From the NCBI GenBank assembly GCA_963822485.1, contig CAWGHW010000002.1:20507-84506 (forward strand): DNA of 64,000 nt, written 5' to 3'. The notes under the pieces are model-generated. The model searched no databases. It was not told the origin of the DNA and saw only the letters and a program-made list of their open reading frames with translations. Made by a program: the position numbers and the translations under genes. Numbering within the stretch: position 1 is the stretch's first letter; each line of letters starts with the position of its first letter. Shown here in pieces: positions 8,426 to 17,118 of the stretch. The stretch is from an uncultured Actinomycetota bacterium. GTDB lineage: Bacteria; Actinomycetota; Actinomycetes; Streptosporangiales; Streptosporangiaceae.

Positions 8426-9391
8426 GTGCCGGCAGATATCCAGATACAGGTGAGCGGCGGCCTGGCCGCTGCGCAGGCCACCGCGGTGCTCGACCTGGTG
8501 CGGCGAGCCACCAGCGCGGACGGGGTCAGCCCGCTGTCCGAGCACGCACGGCTGCACCTGCGCTACGGCGGCGATCCGCGGGCCCGCGACCTGCTGCTGT
8601 GGCGCGACGGCCAGCTGGCCGGGTACGCGCACCTGGATCCGCCCGACCCCGAGTCCGGGTGGAGCGGCGAGATGACCATCGACCCTGGTTTCCGGCGCCA
8701 GGGCCTCGGCCTGGCCCTGGCCCGGGCGCTGATCGGCGAGGCAGGCGAGCGCGGCCTGCGGCTGTGGGCCCACGGCGACCTGCCCGCCGCGGACAAGCTG
8801 GCGGCGAAGGCCGGCTTCGAGCGGACCAGGACCCTGTTCCAGCTGCGCCGCCCGCTGACCGGGGAGATCGGCGAGCCGCGCGTCGCCGAGGGCGTCGTGA
8901 TCCGGACATTCCGGGTCGGCCAGGACGAGGACGCGTGGGTTGCGCTCAACCACAAGGCGTTCGCCAGCCACCCGGAGCAGGGCTCCTGGACGCGGGCCGA
9001 CCTGGACGTGCGCGAGCGCGAGTCCTGGTTCGACCCGGCGGGCTTCTTCCTGGCCGACCGGGACGGCCGGCTGGCCGGCTTTCACTGGACCAAGATCCAC
9101 GCTGCCGGGGACGGCGACGCCGCCGCGCCGGCCGACGGCGACCCGGAGCCCGGCGTCCGGTCGCCGATCGGGGAGGTATACGTCGTGGGCGTGGACCCGG
9201 ACGAGCAGGGCACCGGGCTCGGCCGGGCGCTGACCCTGATCGGCCTGCGCTACCTGCGCGACCGGGGCCTGCCGGCGGTCATGCTGTACGTGGACGGCGA
9301 CAACGCACCGGCGATCAGGCTGTACGAGTCGCTCGGCTTTACCCGCTGGCACACCGATGTGATGTTCACCCGCGAGCCGCGCACACCGTGA
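8426..9391 (+). CDS. mshD: Mycothiol synthase MshD (tandem GNAT domains)
   Basis: 321-aa ORF. Motifs: IDPGFRRQGLGLALARAL and GVDPDEQGTGLGRALTLIGLRYL...MLYVDGDNAPAIRLYESLGF. Follows glnR, as in mycobacteria. Confidence 0.9.
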   Translation: MPADIQIQVSGGLAAAQATAVLDLVRRATSADGVSPLSEHARLHLRYGGDPRARDLLLWRDGQLAGYAHLDPPDPESGWSGEMTIDPGFRRQGLGLALARALIGEAGERGLRLWAHGDLPAADKLAAKAGFERTRTLFQLRRPLTGEIGEPRVAEGVVIRTFRVGQDEDAWVALNHKAFASHPEQGSWTRADLDVRERESWFDPAGFFLADRDGRLAGFHWTKIHAAGDGDAAAPADGDPEPGVRSPIGEVYVVGVDPDEQGTGLGRALTLIGLRYLRDRGLPAVMLYVDGDNAPAIRLYESLGFTRWHTDVMFTREPRTP

Positions 9392-9945
9392 TCATCGGTG
9401 GCCGCGCTCGATGATCGCGGGCTGTCGACTAGCTTTCTGATGCGCGCCTAGGCGCTGCTACCTGCTGACCCGGCCGCGCCGCCCCCGCTGACCGCCCGAG
9501 ATCGGGATTCCGGGCCGCAACCACCCGCGCAGCCATGATCAGGACCGATTCACCCCCGGAAAGAGGCCGTCGCGTAGCTCGCGATGATCACTCCGGTGAC
9601 TTTCATGATCACGGAAAGTCGTCCGCGGTATTCGCTGACGGACGACCGTGATCAAGACGCCATGCATTCCGGCGGCATCAGAAAGCAGAATCCGGGCGGA
9701 CCGGATCCGCGGAAATCGTCATCGGAGGTGCTTTTGTGACTACATGAGCGGGAAAGCCGATTCCGGCCGGGCCAGAATGCCAGGCCCGCCAGGCCACCCG
9801 CGCCAGCACTACACCAGCTCTCACCCACCCATCACTGACCCCGGCAGCACGGGATCACGCGGCACGGGATCACGCGATCAGGCAGCGCGGGGCGACAAAG
9901 TCATGCCGCGGCCGCAGTGTCACGGCGGCATTCGTGATCATGGAC
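9386..9945. repeat. Cluster of GATCA-core motifs and imperfect hairpins (REP/BIME-like array)
   Basis: GATCA occurs at 9390, 9537, 9586, 9607, 9650, 9853, 9868, 9876 and 9936. One hairpin at 9386-9420 has a 12-bp stem with 1 mismatch and covers the mshD stop. Another at 9606-9654 has a 16-bp stem with a 4-nt bulge. A 15-nt tandem CACGGGATCACGCG(G/A) x2 lies at 9848-9877. Confidence 0.8.
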
Positions 9946-10007
9946 CGGGCCTGCGGCACGGTCGCCTGCAGCAGGGTTTGCGGTCGGCCGATACCGCGCC
10001 GGGCCGG

Positions 10008-10172
10008 CTACGCGGACGCGCCGGCCATGGGCTGCACGCCCAGGACCTGGTCCAGCTCGGCGACGGTCAGCGGACGCTCGGCCACCGCCACGGCGCTCAG
10101 CACCTCGGCATAGAGCTCGATCTCATCGAGTGCCACCAGGTCGTGGACACGAAAGTCGAAATAATCCCCCAT
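10008..10172 (-). CDS. Small acidic hypothetical protein (54 aa), absent from the ORF track
   Basis: Manual translation gives MGDYFDFRVHDLVALDEIELYAEVLSAVAVAERPLTVAELDQVLGVQPMAGASA*. ATG at 10172 is preceded by GGAGG with an 8-nt spacer. Third-position GC is high. Confidence 0.6.
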   Translation of the reverse strand: MGDYFDFRVHDLVALDEIELYAEVLSAVAVAERPLTVAELDQVLGVQPMAGASA

Positions 10173-10423
10173 CGCGCCCACCTCCATCGCCGAGCGATCC
10201 GCGAGGAACTGCTACCAGGTTACGGCGAAGTCGTATGGTCGCGCATGGCCCATCGTGGCCATTTCTGCATCACCCGCAAAGCGGGCCGATCCGGTCGCCG
10301 GCGATGAAAGTGCAGGTCCGCCCGGATATGTCAGGTAAGGACCGGCCCATTCGGGCTATCGCGACGGGTCACCCACCCGGCATGGTCCGCGGTGTCCGTC
10401 ACTCCCGCCCGCCAGCCCCCGCA

Positions 10424-10616
10424 CTCGGACCGCCCACACCCGGACCGGCTGCTCCCGGACCGGCTGCTCCCGGACCGGCTGCTCCCGGACCGGCTGCTCC
10501 CGGACCGGCTGCTCCCGGACCGGCTGCTCCCGGACCGGCTGCTCCCGGACCGCCCGAACCCGGACCGTCAGCTCCCGGACCGTGCTCCCGGACCGTCAGC
10601 ACCCGGACCGCCCGCC
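10424..10616. repeat. 15-bp tandem repeat, 13 units (7 identical CCCGGACCGGCTGCT copies at 10439-10543)
   Basis: Counted directly in the sequence. Degenerate units flank the perfect core. The unit at 10574-10586 is only 13 nt. Confidence 0.97.
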
Positions 10617-11140
10617 GCCGGGTCCTGGCGCCAGGCGACGCCACGATGCCGGATGGCGCGGGCCGCGTAGTTGGCCGCGGTGTCGGCGAACACCGCCCGG
10701 TCGTTGTCGGTCAGCTCGCGCACCACCCGGCCGGGTACCCCGGCCACCAGCACGCCCGCGGGAAACTCGCGGCCGGGCGGCACCACCGTCCCGGCGGCGA
10801 CCAGGGTGCCCGCCCCGATCCTGGCCCCGCCCAGCACGACGGCGCCGATCCCGATCAGCGCGCCGGCGCCCACGTGAGCGCCGTGCACGGTGGCGTGGTG
10901 GCCCAGGCTGACCCGGTCCTCCAGCACCACCGGCTCACCCGGGTCGACGTGCAGGCAGCACAGATCCTGGATGTTGCACTCGGGGCCGACGATGATCTCG
11001 TCGTCGTCGGCACGCAGCACCGCGCCGTACCAGACGCTCGCGGCCCGGCCCAGGCGGACCGACCCGATCACGACGGCCCCCGGCGCGATCCACGCCTCGG
11101 GGTGGACCGCGGGGACGGCACCCGCAAGCGACCCGATCAT
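10568..11140 (-). CDS. Gamma-carbonic-anhydrase-like / left-handed beta-helix (hexapeptide repeat) protein
   Basis: Track ORF 10568..11392 trimmed to ATG 11140. MIGSLAGAVPAVHPEAWIAPGAVVIGSVRLGRAASVWYGAVLRADDDEIIVGPECNIQD...HATVHGAHVGAGALIGIGAVV matches the YrdA/PaaY pattern. The last ~16 codons lie in the 15-bp repeat array. Confidence 0.85.
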   Translation of the reverse strand: MIGSLAGAVPAVHPEAWIAPGAVVIGSVRLGRAASVWYGAVLRADDDEIIVGPECNIQDLCCLHVDPGEPVVLEDRVSLGHHATVHGAHVGAGALIGIGAVVLGGARIGAGTLVAAGTVVPPGREFPAGVLVAGVPGRVVRELTDNDRAVFADTAANYAARAIRHRGVAWRQDPAAGGPGADGPGARSGS

Positions 11141-11494
11141 CGGGTTAGTCGCCAAGGCCGCCTCCGTCCGGATATGCCACCGGCATTGTGCCAGGAAGAC
11201 GGGCCGGCCAGCCTCGGCGGGGCCGGACCGGACGCTCCGGCCAGGAGTAGGCTGCCGCGTAGTCAGCGGGCCAGGAATCCAAGAATCAGGACAAAACATC
11301 GTTTGGGTTGCGCGGCCGGTCCCTTCGGGACAGAGTCGACCCGGACATCTCAGCATTGAGGCAGGTCCGGAGCGGCGGGGGGACCGCGCCAATCCAGATA
11401 TTGTCGCCAGCTGCAGGCCCGGTACCGCCGCAGCGGTTCAGTTCGGCAGAGCCGAGCCGCCCGGGTTTGCCTGAATCCCCGACGGGTGTGAACC

Positions 11495-12604
11495 ATGACC
11501 GAACATAGCGACTTCCACGGCGACCCGAACCAGGACGACCTGTTCGAGCGAGAAATGCGTGGCTACAGCCGTCGGCGCGTCGACGAGTTCGTGGCCAAGA
11601 CCCGGAGCCAGGTCCGCGACCTGGAGGACAGGCTGGCGCAGGCGACCGAGAGCAGCGAGCGGCTGCGCCACGAGGCGGCCGCCGCGCGCCAGGAGGCGGC
11701 CGACAAGCCGGCTCATGAGGAGATCAGCGAGCGCATCGGGCAGATCCTCAAGCTGGCCGAGGACGAGTCGAAGGCCCAGCGTAACCGCGCCGACGACGAG
11801 ATCGCCAAGCTGCGTGAGGACGCGCGGGTGGCGACCGATAAGCTGCGCGAGGACGCCAAGTCGGAGACCGAGAAGACCCGCGCCGAGGCCCACGAGCAGG
11901 CCGAGCGGATGCTGAGCGCGGCGCAGGAGCAGGCCGAGAGCACCGTGGCCACCGCGACCTCCGAGGCGGACAAGGCCCGCAAGTCGGCCAGGGCCGAGGC
12001 CGAGCGGGCCGTGAGCGAGGCCACCAAGCAGGCCGAGAGCGCGGTGGCCACGGCCAAGGCGCAGGCCAAGCAGCAGCTTGACGAGGCGACGGCGCGGGCG
12101 ACCGCGATTCATGACGGGGCCGAGCGCCGCCTCAACCTGCTGATGTCCCGGCACACCGAGGCGATCCGCCGGCTGACCGAGATCCGCGACGTGGTGACCA
12201 CGCTGGTGGCGGGCGAGGCCGCGCGCGGCTCGCTCGAGGACGAGGTCAACCGGGCGGTGGCGGCCGGCCCGCAGGGCGAGAGCAACGGGAGCCCGGCGCC
12301 GTCGGCCGCGGCCCGCCCGGCGGCTCGCTCGGCCCAGCCGACTCAGCCCGCTCAGCCCGCTCAGCCTGCCCAGCCCGCCGCGCCCGCGGCCCAGCCCGCT
12401 CGCCCGGCGCAGCCTGCCCCGGCGCAGCCTGCCCCGACGGCGGCGGCCCGGCCCGGTCAGGCCGCGCCCGCGGCGGCGGGCAGCCCGCAGCCGGCCAAGC
12501 CGGCCGACGGCAACAACGCCCGGCCCGCTCCGGCTCCGGCCCGGTCGGCCGGCGGCTCCGAGGGCGCCCGGCACGCGGGCGCCAGCAGCGACCCGCGCCC
12601 GTGA
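11495..12604 (+). CDS. DivIVA-domain coiled-coil protein with Pro/Ala-rich tail
   Basis: 369-aa ORF. The N-terminus FEREMRGYSRRRVDEFVAKTRSQVRDLEDRL is a DivIVA motif. A long Ala/Glu/Lys coiled coil follows, then a (QPA)n-type tail. Confidence 0.85.
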   Translation: MTEHSDFHGDPNQDDLFEREMRGYSRRRVDEFVAKTRSQVRDLEDRLAQATESSERLRHEAAAARQEAADKPAHEEISERIGQILKLAEDESKAQRNRADDEIAKLREDARVATDKLREDAKSETEKTRAEAHEQAERMLSAAQEQAESTVATATSEADKARKSARAEAERAVSEATKQAESAVATAKAQAKQQLDEATARATAIHDGAERRLNLLMSRHTEAIRRLTEIRDVVTTLVAGEAARGSLEDEVNRAVAAGPQGESNGSPAPSAAARPAARSAQPTQPAQPAQPAQPAAPAAQPARPAQPAPAQPAPTAAARPGQAAPAAAGSPQPAKPADGNNARPAPAPARSAGGSEGARHAGASSDPRP

Positions 12605-12634
12605 GGTAGTCCGCCCCAGGGCAGCAGCGCATGC

Positions 12635-12671
12635 GAAGGGCCCCTCAGCCGAAGTGGCTGAGGGGCCCTTC
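12635..12671. terminator. Perfect 16-bp-stem hairpin downstream of the DivIVA-domain gene
   Basis: GAAGGGCCCCTCAGCC-gaagt-GGCTGAGGGGCCCTTC, 30 nt after the stop. No clear U-tract follows. Confidence 0.6.
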
Positions 12672-12760
12672 TGCCTGCCGGAGCTCTGCCCGCCGGAGCT
12701 CTGCCCGCCGGAGCTCTGCCTGCCGGAGCTCTGCCTGCCGGAGCTCTGCCCGCCAGAGCG
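12671..12760. repeat. 15-bp tandem repeat CTGCC(T/C)GCCGGAGCT, about 6 units
   Basis: Units start at 12671, 12686, 12701, 12716, 12731 and 12746 (the last degenerate). The variable position reads T,C,C,T,T,C. Lies between convergent genes. Confidence 0.97.
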
Positions 12761-12776
12761 GACGACGCGGGCCGGG

Positions 12777-13706
12777 CTAACCGACGAGCATGTCCAGGCG
12801 GCGAAGGATCACGCCCTCGCGTAGCGCCCAGGGGCAGATGTCCAGCTCGTTCAGGTCGAACAGGTCCATGGCCGCATCGGCGACGATCGCGCCCGCGGCG
12901 AGCTGCGCGGCCCGGACCGAGGACACCCCGGGCAGCTCGGCCCGCTCGGCGACGCTGAGCCGGGCCAGCCGCTCGGCGATGTCGGTGACCGCCGAGTGCC
13001 GCAGCATCCGGCGCACGTACGGGCCCTCACTCGACGGCGCGGCCCCGGCGATCCGGGCCAGCTGGCGGAAGGTCTTGGAGGTGGCGACCGCGTGGTTGGG
13101 CCGGCCCTCCCGGAGCACCGAACCCGCGCTGCGGGCGATCTCGGCCCGCACGTGCTTGCGCAGCCGCCGCACGTCATCGGCGGACGGCGGGTCGCCGGGC
13201 AGCCACTCGCGGGTCAGCCGGCCCGCGCCCAGCGGCAGCGAGAGGGCGGTGGTGGGGTCCTCGTCATGACCGGCCGCGATCTCCAGCGAGCCGCCGCCGA
13301 TGTCCAGCATCAGCAGCCGCCCGGCCGACCAGCCGTGCCAGCGCCGCGCGGCCAGGAACGTCAGGCGCGACTCGTCCGGGCCGGGCAGCACCTGGATGCT
13401 CACCCCGGTCTGCTCCTCGATCATGCGGAGCACCTCGTCGCCGTTGGCCGCCTCGCGCACCGCCGAGGTGGCAAAGGCCAGCGTCTCATGCACGCCCTTG
13501 TCCTCGGCGATCTGCAGCGCTTCCTCGACGAAGCCGAGCAGCTGGAGCGCGCACTCGTGGGTCAGCCGGTTCTCGCCGTCCAGGTGCTCGCCGAAGTGCA
13601 GTTCGGCCTTGTGCGAGAACGCGGGGATTGGCCTGGCTCCCTGATGCGCGTCTACGACCAGCAGGTGGAGCGTGTTCGAGCCGACGTCAAGCACACCAAG
13701 TCGCAT
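12777..13706 (-). CDS. ppx: Exopolyphosphatase (Ppx/GppA family)
   Basis: 309-aa ORF. Motifs: [33 protein letters not shown] and [11 protein letters not shown], the actin-like ATPase motifs of Ppx/GppA. Confidence 0.9.
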   Translation of the reverse strand: MRLGVLDVGSNTLHLLVVDAHQGARPIPAFSHKAELHFGEHLDGENRLTHECALQLLGFVEEALQIAEDKGVHETLAFATSAVREAANGDEVLRMIEEQTGVSIQVLPGPDESRLTFLAARRWHGWSAGRLLMLDIGGGSLEIAAGHDEDPTTALSLPLGAGRLTREWLPGDPPSADDVRRLRKHVRAEIARSAGSVLREGRPNHAVATSKTFRQLARIAGAAPSSEGPYVRRMLRHSAVTDIAERLARLSVAERAELPGVSSVRAAQLAAGAIVADAAMDLFDLNELDICPWALREGVILRRLDMLVG

Positions 13707-13742
13707 ACAAAGACGCTACCTTTTCCGCTCGCCTGCGGGCAC

Positions 13743-14954
13743 CTAGCCGACGGGCTCGGCGGCGTCCAGATCCTCGATGCGGGCTACGGATGGCGGCCGG
13801 GTGGCGCTGATCTCGGCCGCGGCCGCCTCGGCGTCGCGCAGCACTCGCAGGATGTTACCGCTGGCCAGTGCGCCGCAGTCGGCATCGCTCCAGCCCCGGT
13901 CGCGCAGCTCGGCGATGAGCGCCGGGTAGCGGGACACGTCGGCCAGGCCCTCGGGCAGCTGGTCCACGCCGTCGTAGTCCCCGCCCACGCCGATGTGCTC
14001 GATGCCCGCCACCTCGCGCACGTGGTCGGCGTGGTCAGCGACGTCGGCCAGCGTGGCCGCCGGACGCGGGTGGGCGGCCAGCCACTCCGGCCCGGCCTGG
14101 CGCCGGCTCGACGGGTCGCGCGGGTCCAGGCCCTGCTGGCGCAGCTCCTGCGCCAGGCTCAGCTCCCAGTCCCGGCAGGCCTGCGAGACGAAGGCCGGCA
14201 CGAAGGTGATCATGCACACGCCGTTGTTCCCGTGCAGCCGGGCCAGGATCTCGTCGGGCACGTTGCGCGGGTGATCGCACAGCGCCAGCGCGCTGGAGTG
14301 CGAGAAGATCACCGGGGCCTGCGCCGTGTCCAGCGCGTCCGCCATCGTGGCGGGCGCGACGTGAGACAGGTCCACGAGCATGCCCAGCCGCTGCATCTCC
14401 CGCACGACCTCGCGGCCGAACGGGGTCAGCCCGCCCGCCGCCGGCTCGTCGGTGGCCGAGTCCGCCCACGGCACGTTGCGGTTGTGGGTCAGGGTCATGT
14501 ACCGCACGCCCAGCTGTTGCAGGGCGCGCAGCACCGGCAGCGAGGAGGCGATGCTGTGCCCGCCCTCGGCCCCGATCAGGCAGGCGACGCGCTCCGAGGC
14601 CGTGATCGACTCGGCCTGGGCCGCGGTCAGCGCCAGCTCCAGCCGGTCCGGGTAACGCGCGGCCAGCCGGCGGACCAGGTCGACCTGCTCGATGGTGGCC
14701 GCCACCGCCGCGTCGCCCTGGAGCTCGGCCGGGACGTAGACCGACCAGAACTGGCCGCCGACGCCGCCTTCGGCGAGCCGCGGCAGGTCGGTGTGGGTGA
14801 ACTCGACCCGCTGCGCGATGTCGGTCAGCTCCGGCCCGGCCGGCCGGGCTTGGCGCAGCGCCCAGGGCAGGTCGTTGTGCCCGTCAATGATCGGATAGCG
14901 GCTCAGCAGGTCACGTGCGGCCGCGAAGCCGGCCGTCGGCGCGGGGATGGTCAC
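13743..14954 (-). CDS. Membrane dipeptidase (peptidase M19)
   Basis: 403-aa ORF. Motifs: [40 protein letters not shown] and DLSHV. Confidence 0.9.
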   Translation of the reverse strand: MTIPAPTAGFAAARDLLSRYPIIDGHNDLPWALRQARPAGPELTDIAQRVEFTHTDLPRLAEGGVGGQFWSVYVPAELQGDAAVAATIEQVDLVRRLAARYPDRLELALTAAQAESITASERVACLIGAEGGHSIASSLPVLRALQQLGVRYMTLTHNRNVPWADSATDEPAAGGLTPFGREVVREMQRLGMLVDLSHVAPATMADALDTAQAPVIFSHSSALALCDHPRNVPDEILARLHGNNGVCMITFVPAFVSQACRDWELSLAQELRQQGLDPRDPSSRRQAGPEWLAAHPRPAATLADVADHADHVREVAGIEHIGVGGDYDGVDQLPEGLADVSRYPALIAELRDRGWSDADCGALASGNILRVLRDAEAAAAEISATRPPSVARIEDLDAAEPVG

Positions 14955-14976
14955 CGGGCCAGCCTAGGATGTCGTC

Positions 14977-15186
14977 GTGCGCCTGCCACGGATGACCCTG
15001 CTGATCGCGGCGATCGCGCTGGCCTGCGCCGGGCTGGGCGTGTGGCTGGGCAAGGCCGTCGCCCAGGACACCGGCTCCGTCATCGTCATCGCGCTGACCT
15101 GCGGCGTGCTCGGCTCGTTTGCCCCGACCACGATCCGGTGGGCGACCGGCGAGGTACGCAAGCACGGCGACCGGCAGGCCCGCTAG
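14977..15186 (+). CDS. Small membrane protein (69 aa, two hydrophobic segments)
   Basis: ORF MRLPRMTLLIAAIALACAGLGVWLG...VIVIALTCGVLGSFAP. Fills the gap between the divergent dipeptidase gene and the S9 peptidase gene. Confidence 0.5.
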   Translation: MRLPRMTLLIAAIALACAGLGVWLGKAVAQDTGSVIVIALTCGVLGSFAPTTIRWATGEVRKHGDRQAR

Positions 15187-15239
15187 CCGACTCGCCGGCG
15201 CTCGGGCGCCGCGCCCGTGGTGTGGGAGAGTGTCCTGCC

Positions 15240-17078
15240 ATGAGGGCTGATCTGGAACGCCTGCTGGGCGTCAGCGTGTACCGCGCCTTCGACACCGACC
15301 ACGAGGGCCGGACCCTGGCCGGCAGCGACCAGAGCGGCTCCCTGCAGCTCATCGAGATCGCCCCGGACGGCACCCGGCAGGAGCTGACCGCACTGCCCGG
15401 CGCGTGCACCGGCCGGTACGTGCCCGGCGAGCGCACAGTGATCGTGTCCCACGACGACGGCGGCAACGAGCGGCACCAGCTCTCGCTGCTGCCGCTCGAC
15501 GCCGGCGCCCCGAGCCTGCCCGCGGGCCTGGATGACCTGGTGCCGCTGGTCCGCGACCCGGCGCACATCAACTCGCTGGCCGACGTCACGCCGGGCCGGA
15601 TCTGCTACTTCACCAACCGTCGCAACGGCGTGGCCTTCGACCCGGTCATCCGGCACCTGGCCACCGGCGCCGAGCGGACCCTGAGCCTGGGCGAGCGGTC
15701 GTTCACCGAGGCCGCGCTGTCGCCCGACGGGCGGTGGCTCGCGCTGGCCGCCTCCTCCCCCACCCTGGCCAACTCCGAGCAGGTGCTGCTGGTGGACCTG
15801 GCCGGCCCGCCCGGCGCGGAACCGGTCACCGAAGTGACCCCGGCCGACGCGCCGGCCATGAACGGCGTACTGGGCTGGCTGCCCGACAGCAGCACGCTGC
15901 TGGTGACTTCCAACCTGGGCCGCGAGTTCACCGGCGTGGCCCGCTACCGGCTCGACTCGGGCCGGTGGGACTGGCTGATCAGCGCCGAGGACGCCGACCT
16001 GACCGGCTGGCCCGCCCCGGACGGGTCGCTGATCCTGGTCGCGCGCAACGACGACGGCGCCTCGCAGCTGGCCCTGCATGACCTGGCCAGCGGGCAGCGG
16101 CTGCGCGACGTGGCGCTGCCCGCGGCGGGCTGCATCTCCGACGTCCGGCTGCCGATGCCGCGCTGGTCGGCCGACCACGCCGCGGTGACCTTCTCGGTCA
16201 CCGGCGCCGAACTGCCCGGCGACGTGCTGCTGGCCGACGCGCGGACCGGCTCGGTCGCCCAGCTGACCCGGTCGGCCGACGGGCTCGGCGGCGCCAGGGT
16301 CTCGGTGCCCGAGCGGCACCTGGTCCCGACTCCGGACGGCGAGCAGGTGCCGTGCCTGGTCTACCGCCCGGCCGACCCGGCCGACCCGGCGCTGGCCGGG
16401 TCGGCGGTGCTGCAGGTGCACGGCGGCCCGGAGGGCCAGGCCCGGCAGAACTACAGCCCCTACGTGCAGGCGCTCGCCGCCGCGGGCCACACCGTGCTGG
16501 TGCCGAACGTCCGGGGTTCCACCGGCTACGGCAAGCGGTGGTACTCGCTGGACGACCGGGAGCACCGCCTGGACTCGGTGGCCGACCTGGCCGCGCTGCA
16601 CGCCTACCTGCCGAGCCTGGGCCTGGACCCGGCCCGGGCCGCGCTGTGGGGCGGCTCGTACGGGGGGTACATGGTGCTGGCCGGGCTGGCCTTCCAGCCC
16701 GAGCTGTGGGCCGCCGGGGTGGACATCGTCGGGATCTCGTCGCTGGTCACGTTCCTGGAGAACACCTCGGCCTACCGGCGGGCCTACCGCGAGCGCGAGT
16801 ACGGCACGCTGGCCCGCGACCGGGAGTTCCTGCTGAAGGCGTCCCCGCTGACGCGAATCGACCAGGTCCGGGCGCCGTTGTTTATCATCCATGGCGCTAA
16901 CGACCCGCGGGTGCCGCTCAGCGAGGCCGAGCAGATCCACGCCGCCCTGACCAGCCGGGGCCAGGAGTGCGAGCTGCTGGTCTACGGCGACGAGGGCCAC
17001 GGCCTGGCCAAGCGGGCCAACCGCTCCGACGCGGTGCCCAAGGCGATGGCGTTCCTGGCCCGCCACCTGGGCGGCTGA
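15240..17078 (+). CDS. S9 family serine peptidase (prolyl oligopeptidase / acylaminoacyl-peptidase-like)
   Basis: Only the last 612 aa of the 1360-aa track ORF 12996..17078 are taken, from ATG 15240 (MRADLERLLG...). Beta-propeller N-domain. Catalytic GGSYGG plus ...IIHGANDPRVP...GDEGHG. Confidence 0.88.
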   Translation: MRADLERLLGVSVYRAFDTDHEGRTLAGSDQSGSLQLIEIAPDGTRQELTALPGACTGRYVPGERTVIVSHDDGGNERHQLSLLPLDAGAPSLPAGLDDLVPLVRDPAHINSLADVTPGRICYFTNRRNGVAFDPVIRHLATGAERTLSLGERSFTEAALSPDGRWLALAASSPTLANSEQVLLVDLAGPPGAEPVTEVTPADAPAMNGVLGWLPDSSTLLVTSNLGREFTGVARYRLDSGRWDWLISAEDADLTGWPAPDGSLILVARNDDGASQLALHDLASGQRLRDVALPAAGCISDVRLPMPRWSADHAAVTFSVTGAELPGDVLLADARTGSVAQLTRSADGLGGARVSVPERHLVPTPDGEQVPCLVYRPADPADPALAGSAVLQVHGGPEGQARQNYSPYVQALAAAGHTVLVPNVRGSTGYGKRWYSLDDREHRLDSVADLAALHAYLPSLGLDPARAALWGGSYGGYMVLAGLAFQPELWAAGVDIVGISSLVTFLENTSAYRRAYREREYGTLARDREFLLKASPLTRIDQVRAPLFIIHGANDPRVPLSEAEQIHAALTSRGQECELLVYGDEGHGLAKRANRSDAVPKAMAFLARHLGG

Positions 17079-17118
17079 CCAGCACACGCGGCTGACAAAC
17101 ACACGAGGGGAACGGCCG

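Noticed and set aside
9648-10307. 219-aa plus-strand ORF across the GATCA array
   Set aside because: No RBS lies at a sensible distance. The composition is Arg/Gly/His-rich. Its 3' third is antisense to the SD-led 54-aa ORF. I treat the region as non-coding repeat DNA.
10392-10670. ORFs reading the 15-bp array as (PDRLL)n on the plus strand or (GPGAA)n on the minus strand (10399..10644) as independent genes
   Set aside because: Neither has a convincing start or RBS, and any frame of a 15-nt tandem stays open. The minus-strand frame is better explained as the frameshifted continuation of the gamma-CA gene (see the finding at 10424).
11141-11494. A structured RNA or riboswitch (I considered a c-di-AMP ydaO-type element) in the 354-bp leader of the DivIVA-domain gene
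   Set aside because: I could find only loose resemblances (GGGGGGACC...AATCC and GAATCCCCGACGGGTG) and a UUCG-looped 5-bp stem. The conserved ydaO core strings I remember are not present. A covariance-model scan would be needed.
10424-12760. Possibility that the short tandem arrays are CRISPR arrays
   Set aside because: The units are directly abutting 15-mers with no unique spacers. There are no cas genes in the window, and the repeats are far shorter than CRISPR repeats.
12996-17078. 1360-aa plus-strand ORF, the longest plus-strand ORF in the left half of the window
   Set aside because: Only the last 612 codons (from ATG 15240) look like a protein, an S9 peptidase. The first 2.2 kb runs antisense to the well-supported ppx and M19 dipeptidase genes and has an Arg/Gly/Pro-rich composition. 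That composition is typical of shadow ORFs in high-GC DNA.
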